64,000 nt of DNA from a virus: IMG/VR virus record IMGVR_UViG_3300049893_002454, positions 61,546 to 125,545 of that record. One strand, given 5' to 3'. Within the stretch, counting starts at the first letter, position 1, and each line of letters begins with the position of its first letter. Position numbers and translations under genes: made by a program. This document shows positions 29,292 through 37,942 of the stretch, in pieces. The notes under the pieces are model-generated. The model did no database searches. It was not told where the DNA came from and saw only the letters and a list, made by a program, of their open reading frames with translations.

Positions 29292-30128
29292 ATGCAGCGT
29301 ATTAAATATAATGAAAGCGAGATTCTTGAGGCCTTCTATGTTAAGGCTGAAGCTGATGGCTTACTTGATAGACCATCAGAAAATCTTTATCCAGATTTCG
29401 ATATTAGCAGCCCTGTTAAGAATGAATTTGTTGATATAGTTGCCGTCGCTTCGCATGATAATACATTATATGGTCTTCCAGGAGAAAGTGGGGCAGAGAT
29501 GGTTGGCAAAGCCCATCCAGGTGGTGGAACTGCGATTAAACTTGATAACAATGCTCCTAAAGATAAGGATCTAGCTAATGTTGAAACTATCATCGAACGT
29601 CAAAAGGCGATGCACGATGTAGCTAAGAGTAAGCCGACTGGAAAGCTTGTACAGGCTATGACTAAATTAATAGCTTTGGCAAATCTTCTAGATGAGCAGG
29701 GGGAACATGTTGCTGCAGCTGAGTTGGATGCTGAGCTTGCAAAGATCGCTGCAGATTTCCCACAAGCCACTCAGATGCCAGTCAGCTCAGATACTCAGAT
29801 GAGTGCCGATAGAGCGGCCAGAATTAAGGCCAACAATGGGCGTGTGATCTCCATGTTAAACCAACTACGTGGTCTTAAAGGGTTGCCTCCGCTAGCAGCA
29901 TCTGTACAGGCTGGCGTAATTACCAAAGAGGTCAGTGATGAATTGGCTAATTCCATTCCTAATGGTTATTCTACTTGGCGAGAACTATTTTCTAAATTAG
30001 ATAAGTTAATTTCAGACGCTAAGGTTGTGAGGGCACCATCAGCTGGATTTGCTTCAATTCCAACCCCGCAAGTAGCATATCAATCTCCTGCTGCACCTCA
30101 AAAAGGTCCGCCAGCACAATTGCCGTAA
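29292..30128 (+). CDS. putative internal head protein with AHPGGG leader
   Basis: AGGAG RBS; AHPGGG...VET...DVAKSKP plus LANLLDEQG...AAELD. Confidence 0.7.
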   Translation: MQRIKYNESEILEAFYVKAEADGLLDRPSENLYPDFDISSPVKNEFVDIVAVASHDNTLYGLPGESGAEMVGKAHPGGGTAIKLDNNAPKDKDLANVETIIERQKAMHDVAKSKPTGKLVQAMTKLIALANLLDEQGEHVAAAELDAELAKIAADFPQATQMPVSSDTQMSADRAARIKANNGRVISMLNQLRGLKGLPPLAASVQAGVITKEVSDELANSIPNGYSTWRELFSKLDKLISDAKVVRAPSAGFASIPTPQVAYQSPAAPQKGPPAQLP

Positions 30129-30140
30129 GGATATAAACAT

Positions 30141-31097
30141 ATGACTTACTTACCAATGCTAGCAGATGTCAACAGATCCGCGCATCCTGGCGGAGGCACT
30201 CAGATTACTGATGCTTCTAGGGAGGGTTTAGTGGAAGATTTATTTGAGGCGCATTTGCGTCACTTGGATGTAGCCGCAAAATCAGCAGTCGTTGGCCGTC
30301 TTGTAACTGCAGCCAATAATTTAGATGCAATGGGATTTACCACTGCAGTGAATCGTATTGATTTACTAATTTCTGCCGCTGATCAAGAAGCAGCTCATTC
30401 TCCTGATATTGCTGAAGCCACACGTCTGATTCAAATGGCAAAGGCTATTTTAGCAGAAGTAGATACTGCTAGTATCAGAGATGTGCAAGATAGGTACATC
30501 TATGATTCACTACACAGTGTAGTGACTCAGGTTGAAGCGTTAATCTCCTCTAATAATATTCTTTCAGCAGAGGCAAAGATAAATGAACTTGATCGACAAT
30601 TGCACTCCTTTAGCATCACAGATGTAGCAGAGGCGCTGGGTGGTGGCGGGACATTTATTGTAAGCAAGAAGTCAGAAGCGCAGCGGTTCATTTATGCTAT
30701 AACTGCATTAAATAAATTGCTTGGCCAAATAGTGCAGTATGGGACTCGTGGCGCAGATGTGCCGAGCACACCTGTTCGCCGAAGAGAAGAAAATCCAGGG
30801 AGTAAGGTATTTCAAGAATACGCTTCCATCTTAAAGAACTTACATAACAGGTATCATGCTGTTGATTCGTGGACTGAACATGTTGAAGCAAATGATCCTA
30901 AGAGATTTATAGCTGTTGATGATGCTGTAGCAAAAATACCAAATCTTACGCACCTTAGTGACCTAGATTTCTATATATCTAATTTAGATAAAGATAAATC
31001 ATTATCCGATCAGGTATTGATGGGTCGTATACAGCAGCTAAAGACGTCATTTGCAACAATAGTTGTCGCTCTAGAATCTATAATGGGAGCTTATTAG
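30141..31097 (+). CDS. putative internal head protein with AHPGGG leader
   Basis: AAGGA RBS; AHPGGG...VED...DVAAKS plus AANNLDAMG...VNRID. Confidence 0.7.
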   Translation: MTYLPMLADVNRSAHPGGGTQITDASREGLVEDLFEAHLRHLDVAAKSAVVGRLVTAANNLDAMGFTTAVNRIDLLISAADQEAAHSPDIAEATRLIQMAKAILAEVDTASIRDVQDRYIYDSLHSVVTQVEALISSNNILSAEAKINELDRQLHSFSITDVAEALGGGGTFIVSKKSEAQRFIYAITALNKLLGQIVQYGTRGADVPSTPVRRREENPGSKVFQEYASILKNLHNRYHAVDSWTEHVEANDPKRFIAVDDAVAKIPNLTHLSDLDFYISNLDKDKSLSDQVLMGRIQQLKTSFATIVVALESIMGAY

Positions 31098-31098
31098 T

Positions 31099-32019
31099 AT
31101 GGGCTCAATATCTAGCAGACTTCCAAAAGCAAAAGATCGTTCTCAGGATAGCACAGCGCCGCGTCATAGCACTGGACCTGATCGCAGCACTGGCGCATCT
31201 CCAGTCATTACAGCACTGCAAACTATATTGCTTAATAATGGAAGGATCGACCATGGCGGCGTGAGTGGAGTTTACGATCAGAAAACTCATGATGCAATTA
31301 GTGCATGGCTAGATAGCTTAAAATATACAGATGAGCCTAGGGCTAAAAATATAAGTATAATCCTTGATTGGTTTACAAGAAAGGGTGTTGATTATTTGCA
31401 GAAGAATCCAGATGAAATTGCTGATCGCATATTTCAATTACAAACTGCATTTTATCAAAGACCGTCCCCTGTCAAAGAGCAGGGTACTATTTTTTCTGAG
31501 GTAACCTTGCCTAATGGTACACAAGCAAAGATGCCACTAACTATGGTATGGCAACGTGGCTGGCCAATGTACTTAGCATTACTAGAACAATACAATCTTG
31601 TTACGCGCACACTTCCATATGAACAACGCTTAAATCAATTAGCATTAGCAACAAGAGCAATAGCAGACTCGTTGTTAGAAGATCCTAGGAATCAAAATTT
31701 AGCCTCAGCAATTATAAAGGCCGATGCCGATCTGCGTGAGCATTGGAGTTTACAAGAAAAGCAACATACGCAATCTGTGCCTGGAAAGACATTAATTTCT
31801 ACCCTTGAAGATTGGATTCCAGAGCTCAGCTCAGCCTCTAGTAATGATAAATTGCGTATAATAAATCATATTTATTCCTCATTTCCATATGCAGAGACAT
31901 TTATGGAGACCCCTCCAAATATTAATTCACAGATAACAGATATAGGTGCTGTACGTCGCAACAGAGCTTCTCTTACAAGCAGCGTACAGACATTCTGGGA
32001 TCGTCTGAGAGGAATTTGA
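31099..32019 (+). CDS. protein with peptidoglycan-binding-like domain
   Basis: VITALQTILLNNG....GVSGVYDQKTHDAISAW resembles PG_binding_1. Confidence 0.55.
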   Translation: MGSISSRLPKAKDRSQDSTAPRHSTGPDRSTGASPVITALQTILLNNGRIDHGGVSGVYDQKTHDAISAWLDSLKYTDEPRAKNISIILDWFTRKGVDYLQKNPDEIADRIFQLQTAFYQRPSPVKEQGTIFSEVTLPNGTQAKMPLTMVWQRGWPMYLALLEQYNLVTRTLPYEQRLNQLALATRAIADSLLEDPRNQNLASAIIKADADLREHWSLQEKQHTQSVPGKTLISTLEDWIPELSSASSNDKLRIINHIYSSFPYAETFMETPPNINSQITDIGAVRRNRASLTSSVQTFWDRLRGI

Positions 32020-33416
32020 TGACAGTAAAGATCTCCAATGCATCATTAGGGTCACTACCGGAGCCAATTAAAGATTTATTATGGGATGATGAGAAGGGCT
32101 TTTTCGAAAACAGCCTTCGTTGGGGAGGGCGGGGACTGATGTTCGTCAGCACCCCCTTAGCAATTATCAATGTTGCAGCGGGAGCGCTTGGCATTAGCCT
32201 ACAAGATATAGGGCGCACCATTGATGCCGTGGTTACAAACTCACCATCAGGAAATCCAACTCAGATTGCAGAAATAGTATTCAATGACCTAGCTTCAAAA
32301 TTCAGTAAGAAGGCCGGAGCTGAATCTATCAATCTAGTAATCCAGGCGGCAGATCCAGCTGAAACTAAGTCAAGAGTCCCCATCTCATTTGAAGCCGAAC
32401 AGCCTAACGGTACAAAGAAACCTGTGCCAAAGACCATCTCATTTGAAGCAGAGCAGCCAGTTGCTAAAAGAAAGCCCGCTCCTAAGCCAGTATTATTTCC
32501 GACTGATTCAACTGATACTGTACATAACCAACCATCTCCTGATAATAAGAATTCCCCGTCACCAAAAGAGTCTAATCGCCAGCTGGCGCTTGAACAGGAG
32601 AAGATGCGGCTGCGAGATGAGGCAGATCAGCGCAAGCACCAACGTAGATTGCAGTATGTTGATAAGACATTTGAACAACAGAAATTACTGCGAGAACTCG
32701 ATCAAGATGCCGTGCGCGAGGCAAATAAGGGAAAGGCTGAATTGGCTGCCCATCATGCCAAGGTTGAAGAGGCTAAGTTTTCACGCGATCGCGCAGCGAT
32801 GGAGCATCAGATCCGTACAAAATTCGAAATCGAGAACAAATATTTAAGGGACCAAAAATTATTTGATCTACATCGGCAACTTATTCTTGGTCAAATTACG
32901 CCAGAGCAGCATAAAGTACTATCTGCTGCCCTTACAAATACCCCTATATCAGATCGCGATCTTAAGCAGGCGCGCAAATCTCTAACACGAGCCGAACGTG
33001 AACAACTTCAGAATCGACTAAAGATTCAGACTGAAGAAATGAAGCATGCCGCAAAGAATAAAGAGCTTCTGCAGAGACAGGAATTAAAGCATGCAAGATT
33101 AATGCATGGTGCCCGTCACGGTAATAGTGGATTACTTTCATTATTCTCAGGTAAAGTTGGAAAGGCAGGTATGATTGCCGCATTAGCCGCGATAATATTT
33201 GCTGGCCTCAAGGTAATGAATAGTTCTGGCGAAACAAATGTGCCACGTACGCGTATGGAGATCGAAGAGAGCCCCATCTCTGAAGCTGATGATACAATTC
33301 AAGATGCTGCTACAGATACGGATATGCATAGTCCAAGCGAGAGCTCTTCTAATAAGAATATACGTAATATAAGCACACATGTAAATAGCGAGCTTAAAGA
33401 TATATTGGGTGATTAA
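32019..33416 (+). CDS. coiled-coil protein with hydrophobic segments (candidate ejection protein)
   Basis: GAGGA RBS; hydrophobic LMFVSTPLAIINVAAGALGI and MIAALAAIIFAGL; duplicated ISFEAEQP. Confidence 0.65.
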   Translation: MTVKISNASLGSLPEPIKDLLWDDEKGFFENSLRWGGRGLMFVSTPLAIINVAAGALGISLQDIGRTIDAVVTNSPSGNPTQIAEIVFNDLASKFSKKAGAESINLVIQAADPAETKSRVPISFEAEQPNGTKKPVPKTISFEAEQPVAKRKPAPKPVLFPTDSTDTVHNQPSPDNKNSPSPKESNRQLALEQEKMRLRDEADQRKHQRRLQYVDKTFEQQKLLRELDQDAVREANKGKAELAAHHAKVEEAKFSRDRAAMEHQIRTKFEIENKYLRDQKLFDLHRQLILGQITPEQHKVLSAALTNTPISDRDLKQARKSLTRAEREQLQNRLKIQTEEMKHAAKNKELLQRQELKHARLMHGARHGNSGLLSLFSGKVGKAGMIAALAAIIFAGLKVMNSSGETNVPRTRMEIEESPISEADDTIQDAATDTDMHSPSESSSNKNIRNISTHVNSELKDILGD

Positions 33417-34854
33417 TATGAATATGAAAATTGATGAAGTCCTACATGCTTATGCACAAATTCTTAGTGACTTACCTGAACAATCTACACCAGAGCCGCT
33501 ATGGCATGCCACAGTAGATTTTCCAGATACTATCCCGGATCTAGATGTAGCCACTGTCTCATTGGAAACAAATGCATTTGTCTCTACAGCTGCTGATAAA
33601 CAAGAAGTAGAGCTACTTAAAGAAAAGCTGCATCCAGTTAAGATAGAGGATGTTATTGAGCTTGCCCATCCAGAACCAGTATATATTGCTGATGCCATGG
33701 GAGATGGCGGTCTGGTTGAAAATCAAAATGAGTTACATAAGAAGATCGTTGAAATGATCAACAAGTATCCATCGGGGACAGCGGTGCATAAGTATGCTGC
33801 TCTAGTCGAAGATCTTTTATCTGTAGCCAGCCATCTCGATGCAGATGGTCATAGCTCGGCTGCTAATGAATTGGATTCATTGGCTAGCGATATAGCTTCA
33901 GTTATAAAAAAAAAGAATAGTGAGTTAACGAAATCAGCATTTCTTTTCGCTATCCCTGCTGTTGTGAAGGGAGTGGCAGCAATCCTCTCTGCCACTGGTG
34001 CTGCATGGTATGCTTATAAAGGAAAGCAAGATAACCTAGCTGCAGACTTAAAAAAGCTTGGAGATAATGTAGATTCATGGAAAGATGATAGCACATTCGC
34101 CGCATTTAAGACACGCATCTATAAATTACGGGATGCAATAACAAGTATGCAGGGCGCAACTTCAAAATGGATTTCAGACTCCAATGCTTATGCAAGTCAT
34201 AAATCGCCACTAGCATTAAAGGATCTACACGATTCTACTGAGGAACTCAAAAATACGTTTGATGCATATAAGCCGATTAGAGATGAGGTTATTGAAAGTA
34301 AGCTCTCCGGTGGCTGGTTCCCTTTATTTAAATTATATGAGTCAAATGTTATGAGCGGATATAAGGATCTAATGAACTATGCTGCATCGCAAGAGGCGGG
34401 TGCAACTAGAGCAAAGCAGGATCAGGATCCATTTGAATCAAAGGAAATGTTAGACGCTCCTGGTGTAGAAGAGCCTGCAACGTCTAGTAATGCAGATTCT
34501 ACTCCGCTAGACAAATCTTTGACTACTCAAGCACAATTATTTATTAATCAAGCTTATGAGCCGATTGGCCCTGCGCATGGAATCATTGATGACGTGTGGT
34601 ATAGAGGTATTAAGGGAATGGTCGATTCATTAAGATCTCGTCTACAGCGTGCGTCTGCTGTGCAAGATCCTAATACTGCTGCCGAGACTGCAATGCAGTT
34701 AAACATTTCAAGATTTGTAAAGATGAATAATGATGGAAGCTACTCATTACTAGTCAGTGCTTCTGATATAAATAAGATCATAAATCTAACCGAATTAGTA
34801 GAGTCTCAGGCACAAGCAATACGCGCTCAACCACATGAGAGCCTCTTAAAATAG
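33409..34854 (+). CDS. putative internal head/ejection protein with AHP leader and hydrophobic helix
   Basis: AHPE...GLVEN, VASHLDADG..AANELD, LTKSA followed by FLFAIPAVVKGVAAIL; start may be ATG 33418 or 33424. Confidence 0.7.
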   Translation: MINMNMKIDEVLHAYAQILSDLPEQSTPEPLWHATVDFPDTIPDLDVATVSLETNAFVSTAADKQEVELLKEKLHPVKIEDVIELAHPEPVYIADAMGDGGLVENQNELHKKIVEMINKYPSGTAVHKYAALVEDLLSVASHLDADGHSSAANELDSLASDIASVIKKKNSELTKSAFLFAIPAVVKGVAAILSATGAAWYAYKGKQDNLAADLKKLGDNVDSWKDDSTFAAFKTRIYKLRDAITSMQGATSKWISDSNAYASHKSPLALKDLHDSTEELKNTFDAYKPIRDEVIESKLSGGWFPLFKLYESNVMSGYKDLMNYAASQEAGATRAKQDQDPFESKEMLDAPGVEEPATSSNADSTPLDKSLTTQAQLFINQAYEPIGPAHGIIDDVWYRGIKGMVDSLRSRLQRASAVQDPNTAAETAMQLNISRFVKMNNDGSYSLLVSASDINKIINLTELVESQAQAIRAQPHESLLK

Positions 34855-34872
34855 TATCGATATTACTACGAC

Positions 34873-34880
34873 TACTAATA
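34873..34880 (+). promoter_or_regulatory. TACTAATA motif, candidate phage late promoter
   Basis: Same octamer in four intergenic gaps upstream of structural genes. Confidence 0.5.
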
Positions 34881-34960
34881 AAATAGTAAAAAATCTGACC
34901 TGTTTTTCTGTATCAAGTTGTTTGAGCAGTATAAAACAAAATCCATACAAGGAATAAATC

Positions 34961-35638
34961 ATGGCTCTTTTCCCCATGCAGCCCGGCCTTCAACCGCTGG
35001 GTCATTTCGATTGTCTCGACACTAGCTTAACCAGCGTTACTGGTGGCGAAGTTATGTCACTCACTGCTGTTGCAACCGCCCTCTCTTCTACCGAGAAGGC
35101 TGCTGCAGACGCAACTGACGGCTATCTCTATGATGCCTCAGGCTCTATCACAAATCGCGCTGTTGCTTATTTAGCTGCGGCTGGCGACGTTAACCGCTTT
35201 CTTGCTCTAGCTGATGACGGTCTTGCTGGTTATGGCACCTCTTTCGGCGAATCTATCGGTGTACCGGTAGGCATGTCGACGACTGGAACCAATCTCGGCC
35301 CGCATACCGCCGCAGCTTCAGGTAAGGTAACCCTATGGGATAAGCCTGGTACCTACGAAGTTACAGTTTCTTCGTTGGCCTCAGACTTCGTCTCGACACT
35401 TACATCGGTAGGCCTAACCCCCGGTGCCTCACTTGGTTACAATGCCAGCTCTAAGCTAGCTCATACTGCCTGCTCAGGCGCAGTAGCCAACTCGGGCGTA
35501 GCTACATTTATTGAGTTCTCATCGAGCGGTTCACTCGTCACCACACCACCTAAGTTGGTTGGTACGACTTCCCTCTCGGTGCTCTACCCACGCATTGTAG
35601 TTTCATTCCATGCAGGACACGGGACCCGCGCTCTCTGA
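34961..35638 (+). CDS. capsid decoration/cement-like protein, paralog 2
   Basis: Immediately upstream of MCP; AAGGA RBS; PLGHFD..D.....GGEV and SGKVTLW; codon usage like MCP. Confidence 0.65.
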   Translation: MALFPMQPGLQPLGHFDCLDTSLTSVTGGEVMSLTAVATALSSTEKAAADATDGYLYDASGSITNRAVAYLAAAGDVNRFLALADDGLAGYGTSFGESIGVPVGMSTTGTNLGPHTAAASGKVTLWDKPGTYEVTVSSLASDFVSTLTSVGLTPGASLGYNASSKLAHTACSGAVANSGVATFIEFSSSGSLVTTPPKLVGTTSLSVLYPRIVVSFHAGHGTRAL

Positions 35639-35650
35639 TAGCTGATCTCT

Positions 35651-35683
35651 AATAAGTGGGGCCTAAAAAACCCCACTTATTTT
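35651..35683 (+). terminator. hairpin / probable intrinsic terminator or stabiliser
   Basis: AATAAGTGGGG-CCTAAAAAA-CCCCACTTATT then TT. Confidence 0.6.
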
Positions 35684-35804
35684 ATACTGCAATGCATGCT
35701 GATGCTATATATGGTCGTCCCATAATTGCGGTCTTAAAGCCTCCAGGATAGTATAAGAAGGTTAAGTAAGTGAAAGTAAAAACTATATCTATAGGAGATA
35801 TTCA

Positions 35805-36307
35805 ATGACTACAGGTCTTTTTAATGACAAGGGAGAGCTGAATGCTACATCAGTAGCCGATGCAGTCTCTAACCTTGCCAAGTATGCAAGTGTTATTCAA
35901 AATCATATGAGCTCAAATCAGTCTCTCGCCGGCCGCCCATCCCTCAATGAGCAGCAACGTGACGACATGGTTAAGCGCGCTCTTCAAACAACCGAAGGCA
36001 AGATTGCACTCGGCCAAGCCATGGCTTTGCCGATCCGACGCAACCTTGACTATCAAGGCGTTGCGAGAAAGGCTTTCGTCGTAGATCCTTTGCCAAACGG
36101 CGCCCTTGCCGTTTATGATCGCGACGTCGATGTGGCTGCAGTAGTTGTAGCCAGCAACGGTTCAGCTCCAGAATCACAAGTTCGTGGCGACCGCATAAAC
36201 GTTCCGGAATTTGAAATCGTTTCAAACCCGGTCGTTCGTATCCGTGAAGTCAAGATGCGTCGATTCAATGTGATCGACCGTGCTGTTCAAAAGGCACGCC
36301 AGGAGAT
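35805..36307 (+). CDS. major capsid protein, exon 1
   Basis: AGGAG RBS; joins in frame to 37291..37810 to give a 340-aa protein (..KARQEI/QAQEDANAFAALD..) with HK97-like features. Confidence 0.88.
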
Positions 36308-37290
36308 CAACTGACCTTGGGTCTCCGTTAAATACCAGGTTATGCTGGAAATCCTCGAAGCTGTTTAGTACCGAATAATCGAGTAATAATCTAAACAGTA
36401 TGGGACAATCAGCAGGGGATAGTTAAATGAAAGTCGAAGATATCCTTTCTTATGAACAGCTTTATGAGCTCTATGTAGTAATTAAACTTTCTGATGCAGA
36501 AATTGCAGAGAAATTTGATTTAACAGTAGGGCAGGTTCACAGACTTAGAAATAAGTATTTGATTAAAGCTATTGAGCCATATGAACGCCATCCTAAGGCA
36601 AAATTAGATGATCAAGAGATTAGCCTAATTATAGGATTGCTTTTGGGCGACGGCCATATGCGTTTAAGAGAAGGCAGGAACACCTACCCGTCTCTTATTA
36701 TTGAGCAGTCAGCTAAGCATAGAGAATATTGCTTTTGGCTGTTTGAAGCACTTAAAGATTGGGTCCCGGATAGAAAAAGGTACCCGCGTCAGGCTCAGCA
36801 TAAGAATAAAGAAAAGATATATCACTCGTACACTTTTAGCACAGTTAGCCACCCAGCATTCTTTCAATTATATAATGCATTTTATAAGAATGGAAGAAAG
36901 ACCCTTGATATACAATATATAGCCAATCACTTTAATGTATTATCACTGGCTGTATGGTTGCAGGATGATGGCTCACTAACTGGAACTTGTAAAAGAAATA
37001 TTCTGTACACTAATTCATTTTCAAGAAGTGATATTAATGGCTTAAGGGATATTTTATTTGATAGGTTTGGGCTAAAAACTTGGATTTCTAAACGCACTAC
37101 AACTACCGAAATTAGTTATGAGATTGCGTTTGATAGAGAATCATCCAAGAAACTTTCAGACATGCTACGACACATCGTTGTACCAAGTATGTTGTACAAG
37201 CTAATCCCCTCAGAGACTACAAATGGTACTGCTACATAGTAGCAGAAGGTATAGTCCGACACTCCGAGCGATTGGAGATTAACAGAGCTG
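36308..37290 (+). ncRNA. group I self-splicing intron (983 nt) in major capsid gene
   Basis: P1 GGAGAU/GUCUCC with U-G wobble; P10 CUUGG/CCAAG; terminal G at 37290; core elements AUGCUGGAAA, AAUCAGCAGG, UCAGAGACUA, AAGGUAUAGUCC; P8 CUGCUAC/GUAGCAG. Confidence 0.93.
36427..37239 (+). CDS. intron-encoded LAGLIDADG homing endonuclease (two-motif type) with N-terminal HTH
   Basis: IIGLLLGDGH and LAVWLQDDGS motifs; LSDAEIAEKFDLTVGQVHRLR HTH. Confidence 0.9.
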   Translation: MKVEDILSYEQLYELYVVIKLSDAEIAEKFDLTVGQVHRLRNKYLIKAIEPYERHPKAKLDDQEISLIIGLLLGDGHMRLREGRNTYPSLIIEQSAKHREYCFWLFEALKDWVPDRKRYPRQAQHKNKEKIYHSYTFSTVSHPAFFQLYNAFYKNGRKTLDIQYIANHFNVLSLAVWLQDDGSLTGTCKRNILYTNSFSRSDINGLRDILFDRFGLKTWISKRTTTTEISYEIAFDRESSKKLSDMLRHIVVPSMLYKLIPSETTNGTAT

Positions 37291-37810
37291 CCAAGCTCAA
37301 GAAGATGCTAACGCATTTGCTGCGCTGGATTTCGCAGCCGACGCCTCCCTTAGTGGTGAAAACACCGCTCAGGACATCGTCGATGGTGGTTTAACCCGTC
37401 GCGATCTCGTTGAGATCTCGACCCAGGTTGATCGCTGGGATCTGGCTACCTCGAAGTTCTTCATGAACATCTTCGAGTTTAACGATATGCGTCTGTGGTC
37501 CTCACAGAACGGCACTGGCGTTGCCGATGTAGATCCGGTTACCCACCGTGAAATCCTCCAAACCGGTCTTTATGGCCGTATCTTTGGAGCGGACATTATC
37601 GTCAGCAAGATGGTTACCCCAGGTACCGTATTTGCTTGCGCTGATGCCGAATTCGTCGGTGTTATGCCAGTACGACAGGACATCGAAATCCTCCCAGCGG
37701 ACGAACCAAAGCGTCTAATGTTAGGATGGGTGGTCTCGGAAATTATCGGCATAGGCGTTGCAAACCCACGCGGTGTTGCAGTAGGCCGTAAGAGCGTAAC
37801 TGTAGGCTGA
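37291..37810 (+). CDS. major capsid protein, exon 2
   Basis: Open from 37292 in the frame of ORF 37463..37810; GRIFGADIIVS and GWVVSEIIGIGVANPRGVA are typical capsid C-terminal strands. Confidence 0.88.
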
Positions 37811-37812
37811 TA

Positions 37813-37841
37813 TTGATTTAATGGCGTATTGACGCTATAAT
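37813..37841 (+). promoter_or_regulatory. sigma70-type promoter (TTGATT-17-TATAAT)
   Basis: -35 at 37813-37818, -10 at 37836-37841, 17-nt spacer. Confidence 0.6.
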
Positions 37842-37843
37842 CT

Positions 37844-37872
37844 GCCCCGCAGGGTTACCTGCGGGGCTTTTT
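37844..37872 (+). terminator. rho-independent terminator after MCP
   Basis: GCCCCGCAGG-GTTA-CCTGCGGGGC-TTTTT. Confidence 0.88.
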
Positions 37873-37942
37873 ATTTGTAGAAATCACATGGTTTTAAAAT
37901 TTCTCGTCCAAGCCATTGTTACAAGCTCATATGATCATCATC

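Noticed and set aside
36312-36314. TGA ending the 169-aa capsid ORF as possible stop-codon reassignment or pseudogene
   Set aside because: The stop lies inside the group I intron; other genes use all three stops normally
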